A DNA stretch of 64,000 nucleotides from the NCBI GenBank assembly GCA_035508555.1, contig DATJMU010000135.1, positions 16,607 through 80,606 on the forward strand. The letters run 5' to 3'. The stretch comes from Terracidiphilus sp. GTDB lineage: Bacteria > Acidobacteriota > Terriglobia > Terriglobales > Acidobacteriaceae. The notes beneath the pieces were generated by a model. The model saw only the letters and a program-made list of their open reading frames with translations, searched no databases and was not told the origin of the DNA. The translations under genes and the position numbers were made by a program. Of this stretch, positions 37,724 through 47,586 are shown one piece after another. Within the stretch, counting starts at the first letter, position 1. Every line of letters begins with the position of its first letter.

Positions 37724-38410
37724 ATGGGAAGCGCAACAATGCCGGGTTCGGTTGTAACGATTGACAGGGCGACGGTGGAGCGTATCGTGCGCCAGGTGGC
37801 TCTCGAATATCTCGCGCGCGACAACAGGAGCGCTGCGCCGCAACTGATGGTGCAGACCTCCTCGCGCCACATGCACGTCTGCCGCGAGGACATGGACATT
37901 CTCTTCGGCCCCGGCTCGGAGCTCACCCCCGAGCGCGATCTCTACCAGGAAGGCAACTTTGCCGCCAGGGAGATGGTGACCATCGTCGGTCCGCGCAGCC
38001 GCGTCATCTCCAACCTGCGCATCCTCGGTCCCATGCGCAAGGCGTCGCAGGTGGAGCTGGCGTTCACTGACGCAATCACTCTCGGCTTCAAAGACATTCC
38101 CGTGCGCCTCTCGGGCGATATCGAAGGCACGCCCGGTGCGGTCATCGTGGGTCCCAAGGGCGTGGTCGAGCTCAAGCAGGGCGTCATCCGCGCCGCCATT
38201 CACGTTCACATGAACCCGGCGGAGGCCGCGCACTTTGGCGTCAAGAAGGGCGACCTGATGAAGCTCCGTGTCGGCGGGCCTTCGGGGGTAACCTTCAACA
38301 ACGTGCACGTCCGCATCGATCCCACGTCGAAACTCAACGTCCACATGGACACCGACGAGGCCAACGCCTGCGGCCTGCACCTGACCAAGGATGTGGAACT
38401 GTTCAAATAA
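37724..38410 (+). CDS. pduL: PduL-type phosphotransacylase with N-terminal encapsulation peptide
   Basis: SSRHMH, QVELAFTDA, IHVHM, VHMDTDEANA; N-terminal amphipathic helix VERIVRQVALEYL. Confidence 0.9.
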   Translation: MGSATMPGSVVTIDRATVERIVRQVALEYLARDNRSAAPQLMVQTSSRHMHVCREDMDILFGPGSELTPERDLYQEGNFAAREMVTIVGPRSRVISNLRILGPMRKASQVELAFTDAITLGFKDIPVRLSGDIEGTPGAVIVGPKGVVELKQGVIRAAIHVHMNPAEAAHFGVKKGDLMKLRVGGPSGVTFNNVHVRIDPTSKLNVHMDTDEANACGLHLTKDVELFK

Positions 38411-38459
38411 CGCGAGGGATGTGTTTAAGAGTTTGTGGATGAAGGGATTTGCTTTGAAT

Positions 38460-38607
38460 GGGCACGGCTTCAGCCGTGCCACGCGGAACGAAAAGAAGAA
38501 CACGGCTTCAGCCGCTGAGGGAACGCACATTGTCGAGAACAACTTCCCTCGGGGGCTAAAGCCCGTGATCATTTTGACGGATTTACGGCACGGCTGAAGC
38601 CGTGCCC
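38460..38607. repeat. REP/REPIN-like nested inverted-repeat element
   Basis: Perfect 21-bp terminal inverted repeats GGGCACGGCTTCAGCCGTGCC, plus an internal imperfect pair GGCTTCAGCCGCTGAGG / CCTCGGGGGCTAAAGCC. Confidence 0.85.
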
Positions 38608-38656
38608 TTTCAAAACATCTAACTTGACCAGGTTTTATCGGAAAAGAGAGGAAGCG

Positions 38657-38950
38657 ATGAAACAAGCGCTTGGAATGATTGAGACAAAGGGGCTGGTCGC
38701 GCTGTTCGAGGCGACCGACGCCATGCTCAAGTCGGCAAACGTGTCCTTCACCGGCTGGCAGACCGTCGGCTCCGGCCTGGTCACGGCCTTTGTGGAAGGC
38801 GATGTGGCGGCCGTGAAAGCGGCCACCGACGCGGGCGCCGAGGCGGCCGCGCGCATCGGCGAGGTGGTGAGCGTGCAGGTCATCTCGCGCCCGCACGACG
38901 AGCTGCCCTCGTTTGTCCAGAACAGCAAGCCCGCGGCCAAGAAGGCCTGA
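38657..38950 (+). CDS. BMC-H shell protein 1
   Basis: [20 protein letters not shown] pore loop, [14 protein letters not shown]. Confidence 0.93.
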   Translation: MKQALGMIETKGLVALFEATDAMLKSANVSFTGWQTVGSGLVTAFVEGDVAAVKAATDAGAEAAARIGEVVSVQVISRPHDELPSFVQNSKPAAKKA

Positions 38951-38962
38951 GCAGGAGACGCA

Positions 38963-39232
38963 ATGAGTCAAGCAATCGGATTGATCGAAACCAGGGGCCT
39001 CGTCGGACTCGTCGAGGCAAGCGACGCGATGGTGAAGGCTGCCAGTGTGGAACTCGTAAAGACCGTGCAGATCGGCGGCGGCTTTGTCACCGCCATCGTG
39101 CGCGGCGACGTTGGCAGCGTGCGCGCCGCCGTGGATGCCGGTTCGGCCGCGGCCAAGGTGGTGGGCGAGCTGGTCTCGTCGCACGTCATTGCCCGACCTC
39201 ACGACGCCCTCGTCGAGACCATGTTGAAGTAA
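38963..39232 (+). CDS. BMC-H shell protein 2
   Basis: [18 protein letters not shown] pore loop, [15 protein letters not shown]. Confidence 0.93.
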   Translation: MSQAIGLIETRGLVGLVEASDAMVKAASVELVKTVQIGGGFVTAIVRGDVGSVRAAVDAGSAAAKVVGELVSSHVIARPHDALVETMLK

Positions 39233-39253
39233 CGCGGATTGAGGAGAACCGAG

Positions 39254-39526
39254 ATGGCGAATGAAGCGGTTGGAATGATCGAGACCAAGGGCCTGGTGGC
39301 CCTGGTGCAGGCCACGGACGCAATGCTCAAGGCAGCCAGCGTGAAGTATCTGGGCTGGGCCAAGGTGGGCAGCGGCCTGTGCTCAGTGTATGTGTCGGGC
39401 GACGTAGGCAGCGTGCGCGCCGCCGTGGATGCGGGCGCCAGCGCCGCGCGCGCCGCCGGCGAAGTAACCAGCGTGCACGTCATCGCGCGCCCCCACGAGA
39501 GCGTCGCGGCCGTATTGCCCAAGTAG
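39254..39526 (+). CDS. BMC-H shell protein 3
   Basis: [18 protein letters not shown] pore loop, [15 protein letters not shown]. Confidence 0.93.
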   Translation: MANEAVGMIETKGLVALVQATDAMLKAASVKYLGWAKVGSGLCSVYVSGDVGSVRAAVDAGASAARAAGEVTSVHVIARPHESVAAVLPK

Positions 39527-39570
39527 CTGCGGTGGGTTCGTTCCCGCCGCGGCGCATGAAGTGAGCCGGC

Positions 39571-39867
39571 ATGTTTATAGCGAAAGTTATCGGCAACGTG
39601 GTCTCCACGCACAAGAACGCAAAGTTTCGCGGGATGAAGCTGCTCCTTGTTCAGCCGTACATCAGCAAGGACGGCAAGCTTCAGGTCTCGGGCAGCTCCG
39701 TGGTCGCGGTCGATAGCGTGGGAGCCGGCGTCGGCGAGTGCGTGCTGTTCACGCAGGGCAGTTCGGCCCGCCTCACGCCCACAACCAAGGATGCGCCCGT
39801 GGACGCGGTCATCGTCGGCATCGTCGATACCGTCGAGGTCGAGGGTGCCATATTGGAGAAGCCGTAA
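39571..39867 (+). CDS. BMC-P vertex protein (EutN/CcmL family) 1
   Basis: MFIAKVIGNVVSTHK, VAVDSVGAGVGE, PVDAVIVGIVD. Confidence 0.93.
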   Translation: MFIAKVIGNVVSTHKNAKFRGMKLLLVQPYISKDGKLQVSGSSVVAVDSVGAGVGECVLFTQGSSARLTPTTKDAPVDAVIVGIVDTVEVEGAILEKP

Positions 39868-41339
39868 TGGAGATCCAGCAGCAGGTCATTGCGGAGATTG
39901 CCAAAGAGGTGGTCTCGCGGCTGCGCGCGCAGATGCAGTCCGCGCCGGCAGCGGCGCCCACAAACGGCGCCCCCGCCGGCAGCTCCGGGCAAAGCACGGG
40001 ACAGGGCATCGGCGATGGCGTCTTTGCCACGGTGGACGAGGCCGTGAACGCCGCCTATGAAGCGCAAAAGAAAGTCGGCGAGATGAGCCTTGCGGATCGC
40101 GGCCGCCTCGTCGACATCATTCGCCGCATCTGCATGGACCGCCGCGAAGAGCTGGGCCGCATGGAGATGGAGGAGACCAAGGTCGGCCGGCTCGATCACA
40201 AGATTCTCAAGCTCACCAACATGCGCTTCGTGCTCGGCGTCGAGGCCATGCGCAGCGATGCGCGCAGCGACAAGACGGGCCTCTGCATCATCGAGCGTGC
40301 GCCCTGGGGCGTCATCGGCATGATGCTGCCGGTCACGCACTCCGTGCCCACCATGGCCTCGAATGCGATCAACATCATCGCCGCCGGCAACACCGCGGTC
40401 TTCGGCCCACACCCCTCCGGCAAGCGCGTCGCACAGTACGCATTGCAGCTCTTCAACCGCGAGTTCGAGCGCGAGCTGGGCGTCAACAACGTAATCACCA
40501 CGGTCCTCGAACCGAGTCTTGAGGCCGCCGACCAGATCTTCAATCATCCCAAGGTCGCGCTGCTGGCCGTCACCGGTGGTCCCGCTGTTGTCAAAGCCGC
40601 CAGCAAGTCCGGCAAGCGCGTCATCGCCGCCGGCCCCGGCAATCCTCCCGTGGTGGTCGACGAAACCGCCGATCTCGATCATGCCGCAGGGTGCATTATC
40701 GACGGAGCGAGCTTTGACAACAACCTGCTCTGCATTGGCGAGAAGGAGATATTCGTCGTCGCTTCCGTGGCGGATGCCTTCATTGCCGCCATGCGCCGCG
40801 CCGGCGCCTTCGAGCTCGACAAGGCCGGCATCGAGCGGCTCACCAAGGCTGCCTTCACCTTCGAGGGCGGCGGCGGAGGCTGTGCCCGCGCCCACGTGAG
40901 GAAAGAGCTGGTCGGCAAAGACGTTGCCGTGCTAGCTGCCGCAGCCAGCGTGCGCGTGCCAGCCGATACGCAGCTTCTTTTCGGCGAGACCGACGAGAAT
41001 CACCCCTTCGTTGTGGAAGAGCAGATGATGCCCTTCGTCCCTGTGGTGCGGGTGCCGGACGTGGACACGGCCATTGCCGCGTCCGTCAAGGCCGAACACG
41101 GCTACCGGCACACGGCCGTCATCCACACGCAGAACGTGAACACGGCCACGCGCATGGCGCGCGCCATGAATACGACGCTTTTGATCCACAACGCGGCTTC
41201 GCCTGCGTCCCTCGGCGTAGGAGGTCCGGGATACTTCAGCCACAGCATCGCCACACCCACCGGCGAAGGCATCACCACGCCGCTCACGTTTACGCGCGAG
41301 CGGCAGATGGTAGTTGGCCACGCGCTGAGGATTGTGTAG
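39867..41339 (+). CDS. Acylating aldehyde dehydrogenase (EutE/PduP-like) with encapsulation peptide
   Basis: APWGVIG, PVTHS, TGGPAVV, AAGPGNPP, catalytic Cys in NNLLCIGEKE, EQMMP; N-terminal IAEIAKEVVSRL helix. Confidence 0.92.
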   Translation: MEIQQQVIAEIAKEVVSRLRAQMQSAPAAAPTNGAPAGSSGQSTGQGIGDGVFATVDEAVNAAYEAQKKVGEMSLADRGRLVDIIRRICMDRREELGRMEMEETKVGRLDHKILKLTNMRFVLGVEAMRSDARSDKTGLCIIERAPWGVIGMMLPVTHSVPTMASNAINIIAAGNTAVFGPHPSGKRVAQYALQLFNREFERELGVNNVITTVLEPSLEAADQIFNHPKVALLAVTGGPAVVKAASKSGKRVIAAGPGNPPVVVDETADLDHAAGCIIDGASFDNNLLCIGEKEIFVVASVADAFIAAMRRAGAFELDKAGIERLTKAAFTFEGGGGGCARAHVRKELVGKDVAVLAAAASVRVPADTQLLFGETDENHPFVVEEQMMPFVPVVRVPDVDTAIAASVKAEHGYRHTAVIHTQNVNTATRMARAMNTTLLIHNAASPASLGVGGPGYFSHSIATPTGEGITTPLTFTRERQMVVGHALRIV

Positions 41340-41341
41340 CG

Positions 41342-41626
41342 ATGTACCTGGCTCGCATTGACGGGACCGTGGTTGCGGCGGCCAAACACGCGTCGATCGA
41401 AGCTTGCCGGCTGCTGGTGGCGCGCAGGCTCGAGGCCGACGGCAGCCTGGCAGCCGAGCCCAATGTGGTGGCGGACTGGCTCGGCGCAGCGAAAGGATCG
41501 ACGGTGATTGTTTCAACCGACGGCGACATTCCGCGTGCGAAATTCGGAAACACCACGCCGGTCCGATTGACAGTGGTGGGCATTGTGGACGACGTGCAAT
41601 CGCCGGCAGGAAAGGAGCGCGTATGA
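41342..41626 (+). CDS. BMC-P vertex protein 2
   Basis: MYLARIDGTVVA, VADWLGA, VVGIVD. Confidence 0.88.
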   Translation: MYLARIDGTVVAAAKHASIEACRLLVARRLEADGSLAAEPNVVADWLGAAKGSTVIVSTDGDIPRAKFGNTTPVRLTVVGIVDDVQSPAGKERV

Positions 41627-41910
41627 GACTCGGCATCGTTCGCGGCCATGTGGTGCTGAATCCGGCCATCGATTCGTATCGCGGCCGCACGCTCGCCGTG
41701 GTCGAGCCAGTCACCATGGAGAACCTGCGCGCCAATAACGGCAAAGGCGGCGGCAAGGCGCTCATCGCCGTTGACGAACTGGGCGCAGCCGACGGGCAGA
41801 TGGTGGCCTTCACTGAAGGCAGGGAAGCGGCCAATCCCTTTTGGCCGGACTCGGTTCCGGTCGATGCCTATTGTGCCTTAATTGTCGATTCCATCGATGT
41901 GCGGCCCTGA
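41623..41910 (+). CDS. BMC-P vertex protein 3
   Basis: MRLGIVRGHVVL, IAVDELGAADG, EGREAANPF, PVDAY..LIVD. Confidence 0.88.
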   Translation: MRLGIVRGHVVLNPAIDSYRGRTLAVVEPVTMENLRANNGKGGGKALIAVDELGAADGQMVAFTEGREAANPFWPDSVPVDAYCALIVDSIDVRP

Positions 41911-41940
41911 GAATATGAAAAGAATCTCCGAGGTGCGGAA

Positions 41941-43041
41941 GTGAGCAACGAAACGAAGAACGCCGATCTGAGAAGCCGCAAGGTTCTTTCGCTGCGCGAC
42001 GTCGAGGAGGCTGCGGCCGCGGGCGCAAGCCGCGTTCTGGTGGTCGAGAACTGCGTCGTCACGCCCTCCGCGCGCGACTTCCTGCAGCAGCGCAACATCG
42101 CGCTCGAAGCCGGCGCCAAGCAAGAGGCCGGCGCCATCGAGCCTGCTGCGGCCAGCTCCGGCCGCGCACCCTCCAATCCCCGCCTCTTCTCCACGCCCGA
42201 GGCCGAAGAGATCAAGAAAGAGATTTGCGCCGTGGGCCGCAAGCTCTGGATGCGCCAATTCGTCGACGGCAACGGCGGCAACATCTCGTACCGCATCGGA
42301 CCCAACGAGGTTCTTTGCACGCCCACTCTGGTCAGCAAATACGATCTCACCCCCGACATCCTCTGTCTTGTCGATCTTGAGGGCAACCAGATTGCCGGCA
42401 AGCGCCCGCGCACCAGCGAGCTGCTGCTCCATCTTGAAATCTACAAAGCCGTTCCCGAGGCCAAGTCCGTCGTTCATTGTCATCCGCCTCATGCCACGGC
42501 CTACGCCATCACGGGCAAGATCCCGCCCAACAATATCATTCCCGAGTTCGAGGTTTTTGTGGGCAAGGTTGCCATCTCGCCTTACAAGACACCGGGAACT
42601 CTTGAATTCGCGCAGACCGTTATTCCTTATGTGCGCGACCACAACACGGTGCTGCTCGCCAATCACGGCATCGTCTGCTGGGCCGACACTGTGACCCACG
42701 CCGAGTGGTATGCCGAGGTGCTTGAGACCTATTGCTGGACTCTGATGCTGGCTACGCAACTCGGCGTACCCCTCTCCTACATCTCCGAGCAGCACACGTC
42801 GGATCTGCTGGCCATCAAGAAAAAGCTCGGCCTGCCCGACGCCCGCTTCGACGCCTCGCGCATGAAGGAGTGCCAGCTTTCCGACGTCGAAGCCAACGGC
42901 GCCATCGCGCTCGATCCCTGTCCCTGCGACGGCAACAACGGCAAATTCTCCAATGCCGGATCCAACTCAGAGCCCAATGCGGAGATTGAGGCGTTGGTGC
43001 GCTCCGTAACCGATGCGGTGATGGAGGCGATCGGCAAATAG
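41941..43041 (+). CDS. Class II aldolase/adducin family protein (BMC signature enzyme)
   Basis: GNISYR, TSELLLH, HCHPPHA, LANHG; extra N-terminal segment and C-terminal encapsulation helix EALVRSVTDAVMEAI. Confidence 0.9.
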   Translation: MSNETKNADLRSRKVLSLRDVEEAAAAGASRVLVVENCVVTPSARDFLQQRNIALEAGAKQEAGAIEPAAASSGRAPSNPRLFSTPEAEEIKKEICAVGRKLWMRQFVDGNGGNISYRIGPNEVLCTPTLVSKYDLTPDILCLVDLEGNQIAGKRPRTSELLLHLEIYKAVPEAKSVVHCHPPHATAYAITGKIPPNNIIPEFEVFVGKVAISPYKTPGTLEFAQTVIPYVRDHNTVLLANHGIVCWADTVTHAEWYAEVLETYCWTLMLATQLGVPLSYISEQHTSDLLAIKKKLGLPDARFDASRMKECQLSDVEANGAIALDPCPCDGNNGKFSNAGSNSEPNAEIEALVRSVTDAVMEAIGK

Positions 43042-43241
43042 GTTCGGGAAAACGGCAGGCGCCTCGCCGTTTCTTGCGGAAAGAGGCGAGAGTTCGAGGA
43101 GATTGTGGCGATCTTCGAGCATTTTCGCTTCACTTATCAACATTGCTGCATTCTTCAAGGGGGCCTTTTCTTAAGGAAAAAGCCACTCGGCAGTACTGGT
43201 TCTGTAGGCAGTAGAAGCGAAAATGCTGTAGCCACCCAACC

Positions 43242-44000
43242 ATGAAAGCGGCTGAACGGCAACTGAGAATCCGGCAGATTTTGGAGTCCAGGGACTTCGT
43301 GGACCTGGAGACGCTTTGCCGCGAGTTCGACGCCTCCGAGTCCAGCGTTCGCCGCGACCTCGACATCCTCGAAGAAGAAAAAGCTCTGCGCCGGGTCTAC
43401 GGCGGCGCGGTCTCGCTGCAGACCCCGCCGAGCCGCGCCTTCGACTACGCCGCCGAGAGCGTGCGGCTGAGCGACGTGAAGGCGCGCATCGCGCGCGTTA
43501 CGGCCGGCCTCATCGAAGATGGGCAGACGCTCATCCTCGACGGTGGTTCTACAGTTGCCGCCGTGGCCAGAGAGCTAGCCGCCAAGCGCCTCCACATCGT
43601 CACCAACTCGTTGCCCATTGCGGAGGGTCTTGAGCCGCTGCGCAACGTCGAGCTCACGCTCACCGGCGGCTATCTCGACCCGCGGCTCCGCGTCATGCTC
43701 GGACCCTTTTGCGAACAGATGATCGGCGCCATCCGCGCCGATGCGGTCATCATGGGCATCGGCGGCGTCTCCGAGGGCGGCTTCAGCAACAACAACACCC
43801 TGGTCGTCGGCTCCGAGCAGAAGATGATCGAGGTCGCCAGCAAAGTCATCATCGTTGCCGACCACACCAAGTTCGGCCGCGTCGGCATGTTCCCCATGGC
43901 CCCGCTCAGCGCCGCGCACATCGTCGTCACCGACAGCGACCTCGCGCCGGAGTACGTCCAGATGCTGCGCGCGGCCGGCATCGAAGTCTTCCTCGCCTGA
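43242..44000 (+). CDS. DeoR/FucR family regulator of the BMC locus
   Basis: SVRRDLDILE...RVYGGA, LDGGST, VTNSL, ADHTKFG. Confidence 0.9.
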   Translation: MKAAERQLRIRQILESRDFVDLETLCREFDASESSVRRDLDILEEEKALRRVYGGAVSLQTPPSRAFDYAAESVRLSDVKARIARVTAGLIEDGQTLILDGGSTVAAVARELAAKRLHIVTNSLPIAEGLEPLRNVELTLTGGYLDPRLRVMLGPFCEQMIGAIRADAVIMGIGGVSEGGFSNNNTLVVGSEQKMIEVASKVIIVADHTKFGRVGMFPMAPLSAAHIVVTDSDLAPEYVQMLRAAGIEVFLA

Positions 44001-44066
44001 TCCGCTTCAACCGTCTCCTCTGCGAAAATGGACCTACGCGCGGAATGCAGCGCGAAGGAGGGCAAG

Positions 44067-44696
44067 ATGCAAATTGGCGCCCACGACGTTCTCATCGTCG
44101 TCGATGTGCAGAACGATTTTTGCCCTGGCGGCGCGCTGGCTGTGCCCGGCGGCAATGCGGTCATCGAGCCCATCCATCGCATCGCGCCGCTTTTCGGGCG
44201 CATCCTCCTCACGCAGGACTGGCACCCGGCCAATCACTCGTCGTTCGCTACGGCGCATCCCGGAAAGCAGCCCTTCGAGTCGATCGAACTTGCCTACGGC
44301 ACGCAGACGTTATGGCCGCCGCACTGTGTGCAGGGCAGCAAAGGCGCGGAGGTTCATGCGGCGCTCCAACTTCCTCAGGCCGAGCTGATCCTGCGCAAGG
44401 GCTTCCGTCCCGAAATCGACTCCTACTCCGCATTCTTCGAGAACGACCGCACTACTCCCACCGGCCTTGCCGGCTATCTCCGTGAACGCGGCCTCACGCG
44501 TGCCTTTTTCACCGGCCTGGCCTACGACTACTGCGTCGGCTACTCCGCCCTCGACGCGCGCCGGCTCGGTCTTCCCGCCTTCGTGCTCCGCGATGCCTGT
44601 CGGGCCATCGGCCTCAATGACTCAGTGGCTGCAATCGAGGCCGAATTCGCAAAGGCCGGCGTGACTGTGCTGGAGAGCTCGGAGCTTCCGGGCTGA
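44067..44696 (+). CDS. pncA: Nicotinamidase/pyrazinamidase
   Basis: VDVQNDF, QDWHPANH, WPPHCVQG, RKG, DSYSAF, YDYCV. Confidence 0.92.
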   Translation: MQIGAHDVLIVVDVQNDFCPGGALAVPGGNAVIEPIHRIAPLFGRILLTQDWHPANHSSFATAHPGKQPFESIELAYGTQTLWPPHCVQGSKGAEVHAALQLPQAELILRKGFRPEIDSYSAFFENDRTTPTGLAGYLRERGLTRAFFTGLAYDYCVGYSALDARRLGLPAFVLRDACRAIGLNDSVAAIEAEFAKAGVTVLESSELPG

Positions 44697-44746
44697 CAGC
44701 GCGTAGAATCGCATCAGTGCAGCAGGCCGCTCGCTCCCCGTCTTCC

Positions 44747-45010
44747 ATGTCAAAGAACTTTTATATTCTCGCCGGTTCGTTTTTCGTCTTTGCACTGATC
44801 TCTGCTGGCATGGCCTTCGTGCCCTCGAGCTTTCAGCCCGGCCTGCCCGCCAACGGAACTCTCTGGCGCACCATTGCGCTTTTTTTTCTGCTGCTGGGCC
44901 TGGCTGCGGCCCTTATCGGCACCATGAGCAACCTCTTCGAGCAGGTGGACCGGCACGGCGAAGAAGCGCGCCGCGCGGCTCGCCGCAAGCGTCGGGGTTC
45001 CCGCGGATAG
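44747..45010 (+). CDS. Small 2-TM membrane protein
   Basis: Two hydrophobic helices; the stop codon lies inside a dispersed palindrome. Alternative GTG start at 44717. Confidence 0.7.
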   Translation: MSKNFYILAGSFFVFALISAGMAFVPSSFQPGLPANGTLWRTIALFFLLLGLAAALIGTMSNLFEQVDRHGEEARRAARRKRRGSRG

Positions 45011-45028
45011 ATCTTTGTCCGCGGGGTG
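44994..45028 (+). repeat. Second copy of the 35-bp palindromic element
   Basis: GGGGTTCCCGCGGATAGATCTTTGTCCGCGGGGTG; 31/35 identical to the reverse complement of 25985-26019. Confidence 0.8.
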
Positions 45029-45119
45029 AAAACGGCGCAGCGACCGCGGCCTGTAAATCTGCCGCAGACTCTAAAATAGACAACTGGGGACTCATCCCGT
45101 AGGATCGAGCAGGCGTCGC

Positions 45120-45497
45120 ATGTACGAAGTCACCGTCGAGTCCGACTTTTCTTCCGGACACTATCTCCGCAACTACCGCGGCAAGTGCGAGAACCCGCAC
45201 GGCCATAACTACAAAGTACGCGTCACGCTGGCTGGCGCCGCGCTTGACGAGGCTGGCCTGCTGCTCGACTTCAAGCTGCTGAAGCAAGTGCTGCGGCCCG
45301 TCATCGAGCGCATCGACCACCAGATGCTCAACGATCTGGAGCCCTTCACGGTCCTAAACCCGTCCGCCGAAAACATCGCCAAATTCTTTTACGACGAGAC
45401 CAACGCGCAGTTGGCCCAGATGACCGCCGGTCGCGTCCGCGTCAAGGACTGTACCATCTGGGAGACAGATACGACCACGGCTACTTACTACGAGTAA
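45120..45497 (+). CDS. queD: 6-carboxy-5,6,7,8-tetrahydropterin synthase
   Basis: FSSGHYL, GKCENPHGHNY, LDFK, DHQMLND, NPSAENIA, IWET. Confidence 0.92.
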   Translation: MYEVTVESDFSSGHYLRNYRGKCENPHGHNYKVRVTLAGAALDEAGLLLDFKLLKQVLRPVIERIDHQMLNDLEPFTVLNPSAENIAKFFYDETNAQLAQMTAGRVRVKDCTIWETDTTTATYYE

Positions 45498-45530
45498 GCG
45501 CCGCAACTTCGCTCCGCGCCGTCAAGCTCC

Positions 45531-46190
45531 TCAGTGCATCTGGCTCGACTTCGATTGCAGATATTTATCGAAGGGAATCTCGAACGAGAACAGGTCCTGC
45601 CCGTCGGCATTCTGAATTTCGCGAATGTAGAGGTGCGCGCCCACAAGCGGGTATTTGACTCCTTCGATGTCGGAATCTGCAACATCGTAAAAGAGAAAGC
45701 CCGCGTGAGTGGTGTGCGGCTCAACCACCAGCGCCTGGTACTCGAACTGGTTGAAGTCCTCCTGGATGTCTTTTAAGCTGCCCTTGGCCTTCAGATGGAT
45801 CGGCGGCAGCGGGCCGGGCATGGGTAGTTTTCCGCCCTCGCGCTCCTTGCGGGTCATGGTGCGCAGTACGTCTTCGGGTTCGGCCGCCTGGATGGTCTGC
45901 CCATCCGAGGTCTCAAAGAGAATGCGCGCGTCGTTGAGCGAGATCGGCCGGTCTCCCATGTTGGTTATCGTCAGCAGCACGGGCATGATGCCGTGACTCA
46001 GGTAGTCCACGCGGAAGATGTCTTCCTTTTCCTTTGTATCGTACGGCTCGGCGGCGACCGCCACTTTTTCCTTTTGATGAATCTCGACCGCTGCGTAGGA
46101 CTGCGCCGGTCGCACCGGTGGTGGCGTATGGTCGTGGGCCACGGCGGGCAGTGACAAGCCGAACAGCAGAATCGCCAGCAAGTTCCTCAT
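45531..46190 (-). CDS. Secreted hypothetical protein
   Basis: Signal peptide MRNLLAILLFGLSLPAVA; coherent ORF between queD and waaA. Confidence 0.75.
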   Translation of the reverse strand: MRNLLAILLFGLSLPAVAHDHTPPPVRPAQSYAAVEIHQKEKVAVAAEPYDTKEKEDIFRVDYLSHGIMPVLLTITNMGDRPISLNDARILFETSDGQTIQAAEPEDVLRTMTRKEREGGKLPMPGPLPPIHLKAKGSLKDIQEDFNQFEYQALVVEPHTTHAGFLFYDVADSDIEGVKYPLVGAHLYIREIQNADGQDLFSFEIPFDKYLQSKSSQMH

Positions 46191-46245
46191 CGTGCCCGAC
46201 TGTATCATCTTAGGGTTAGACACCGGGAGCAAGAATTCGGCACAC

Positions 46246-47586
46246 ATGGTTCTCTTTTTCTATAATATTGCCCTGCTTGCGGCGCTTGTGGCTGGCGCGC
46301 CGTGGTGGCTGTGGCGGATGGCCACCACGCAAAAATACCGCGAGGGCCTGCTCGAGAGGCTCGGGCGCGTTCCGGACCGGATGACCGAGCCGGATTTCGA
46401 ACGCAGCGACCGGCCGATTCTCTGGGTTCATGCCGTTTCGGTGGGCGAAGTGCTGGCAGTTTCACGGCTTGTCAAGACTCTCGACAAAGCATTGCCGGGC
46501 CATCGCATCGTCCTCTCCACCACCACCCGCACCGGTCAGGCCCTGGCCCGCGAGCGCTTCGGCCCCGACCGCGTCTTCTACTGCCCGCTCGATCTGCGCT
46601 GGGCCGTGCGCTCTTATCTCAATGCCGTCAAACCGCAATTGCTGGTCCTTGCCGAGACCGAGTTCTGGCCCAATCTTCTCCACGCCTGTTTTCATCGCAA
46701 GATCCCGGTCGCCGTTGTCAACGCCCGTATCTCCGACCGCTCCTGGCCGCGCTACCGCCGTATGCGTATACTGTGGCGTCCTATGCTGAGGCGCCTTACC
46801 CGCGTACTGGCGCAGACAGAGACCGATGCCGAGCGGCTTCGTGCCATTGGCTGCGCGCCGGAGCGCGTGTTCGTCGCCGGCAATCTCAAGTTCGACGTGC
46901 GCGCGGCCGGCGAATCCGAGGCAACGCGTCTTCTTCGGGTTCTGGGCGGGAATCTGCGATTCATCGTGGCCGGCAGCACCCTCGATGGTGAGGAGTCGGC
47001 GCTCCTTGAGGCCTGGCCGCGCCTGCTCGCCGCCGATGCCAACCTCGCCCTGGTCCTCGGCCCGCGTCACCCGGAGCGATTTGCCGCAGTCGCCGCGCTG
47101 TTAGCCCAATCGGGGATCCCATGGATTAAGCGCTCGGATTGGAGCCGCGACAAGCCAAGCACCGCGACTTCGCCGAATTCCAATTCGCTGGTCCCCGGCC
47201 AAGTCGTATTGCTCGACACGATCGGGGAACTCGCTTCGGTCTACGCGCTTGCTTCGGTCGCCTTCGTGGGCGGCAGCCTGGTTGCCGCGGGAGGCCACAA
47301 TCCTCTCGAACCCGCACAGTTCGCGGTTCCCATTGTCATGGGCCCGCACTACGCCAACTTTCGCGCCATCGTCGACGACTTGCTGGCTCATGAAGCGCTT
47401 CGCATCGCTGGTAGAGAGAAATTGGCCTCCGCACTCATCGAGCTGCTTCGAGACCGCTCCGCCGCGGAATCGATGGGAGCCCGCGCGATCGAAGTCTTCC
47501 ACCAGCAGGCCGGGGCCACAGATCGCTGCGTCGATGCTCTGTGCGCACTGTTCGGCGCTGGCGCTGGCCAGGAGTCTCCGGTATGA
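46246..47586 (+). CDS. waaA: 3-deoxy-D-manno-octulosonic acid transferase
   Basis: LWVHAVSVGE, ETEFWPN, NARISDRS, GNLKFD, PRHPERF, GGHNPLEPA. Confidence 0.93.
   Translation: MVLFFYNIALLAALVAGAPWWLWRMATTQKYREGLLERLGRVPDRMTEPDFERSDRPILWVHAVSVGEVLAVSRLVKTLDKALPGHRIVLSTTTRTGQALARERFGPDRVFYCPLDLRWAVRSYLNAVKPQLLVLAETEFWPNLLHACFHRKIPVAVVNARISDRSWPRYRRMRILWRPMLRRLTRVLAQTETDAERLRAIGCAPERVFVAGNLKFDVRAAGESEATRLLRVLGGNLRFIVAGSTLDGEESALLEAWPRLLAADANLALVLGPRHPERFAAVAALLAQSGIPWIKRSDWSRDKPSTATSPNSNSLVPGQVVLLDTIGELASVYALASVAFVGGSLVAAGGHNPLEPAQFAVPIVMGPHYANFRAIVDDLLAHEALRIAGREKLASALIELLRDRSAAESMGARAIEVFHQQAGATDRCVDALCALFGAGAGQESPV

Noticed and set aside
45010-45120. preQ1 riboswitch upstream of queD
   Set aside because: No short stem plus A-rich tail pattern is visible; the hairpin there is the dispersed palindrome.
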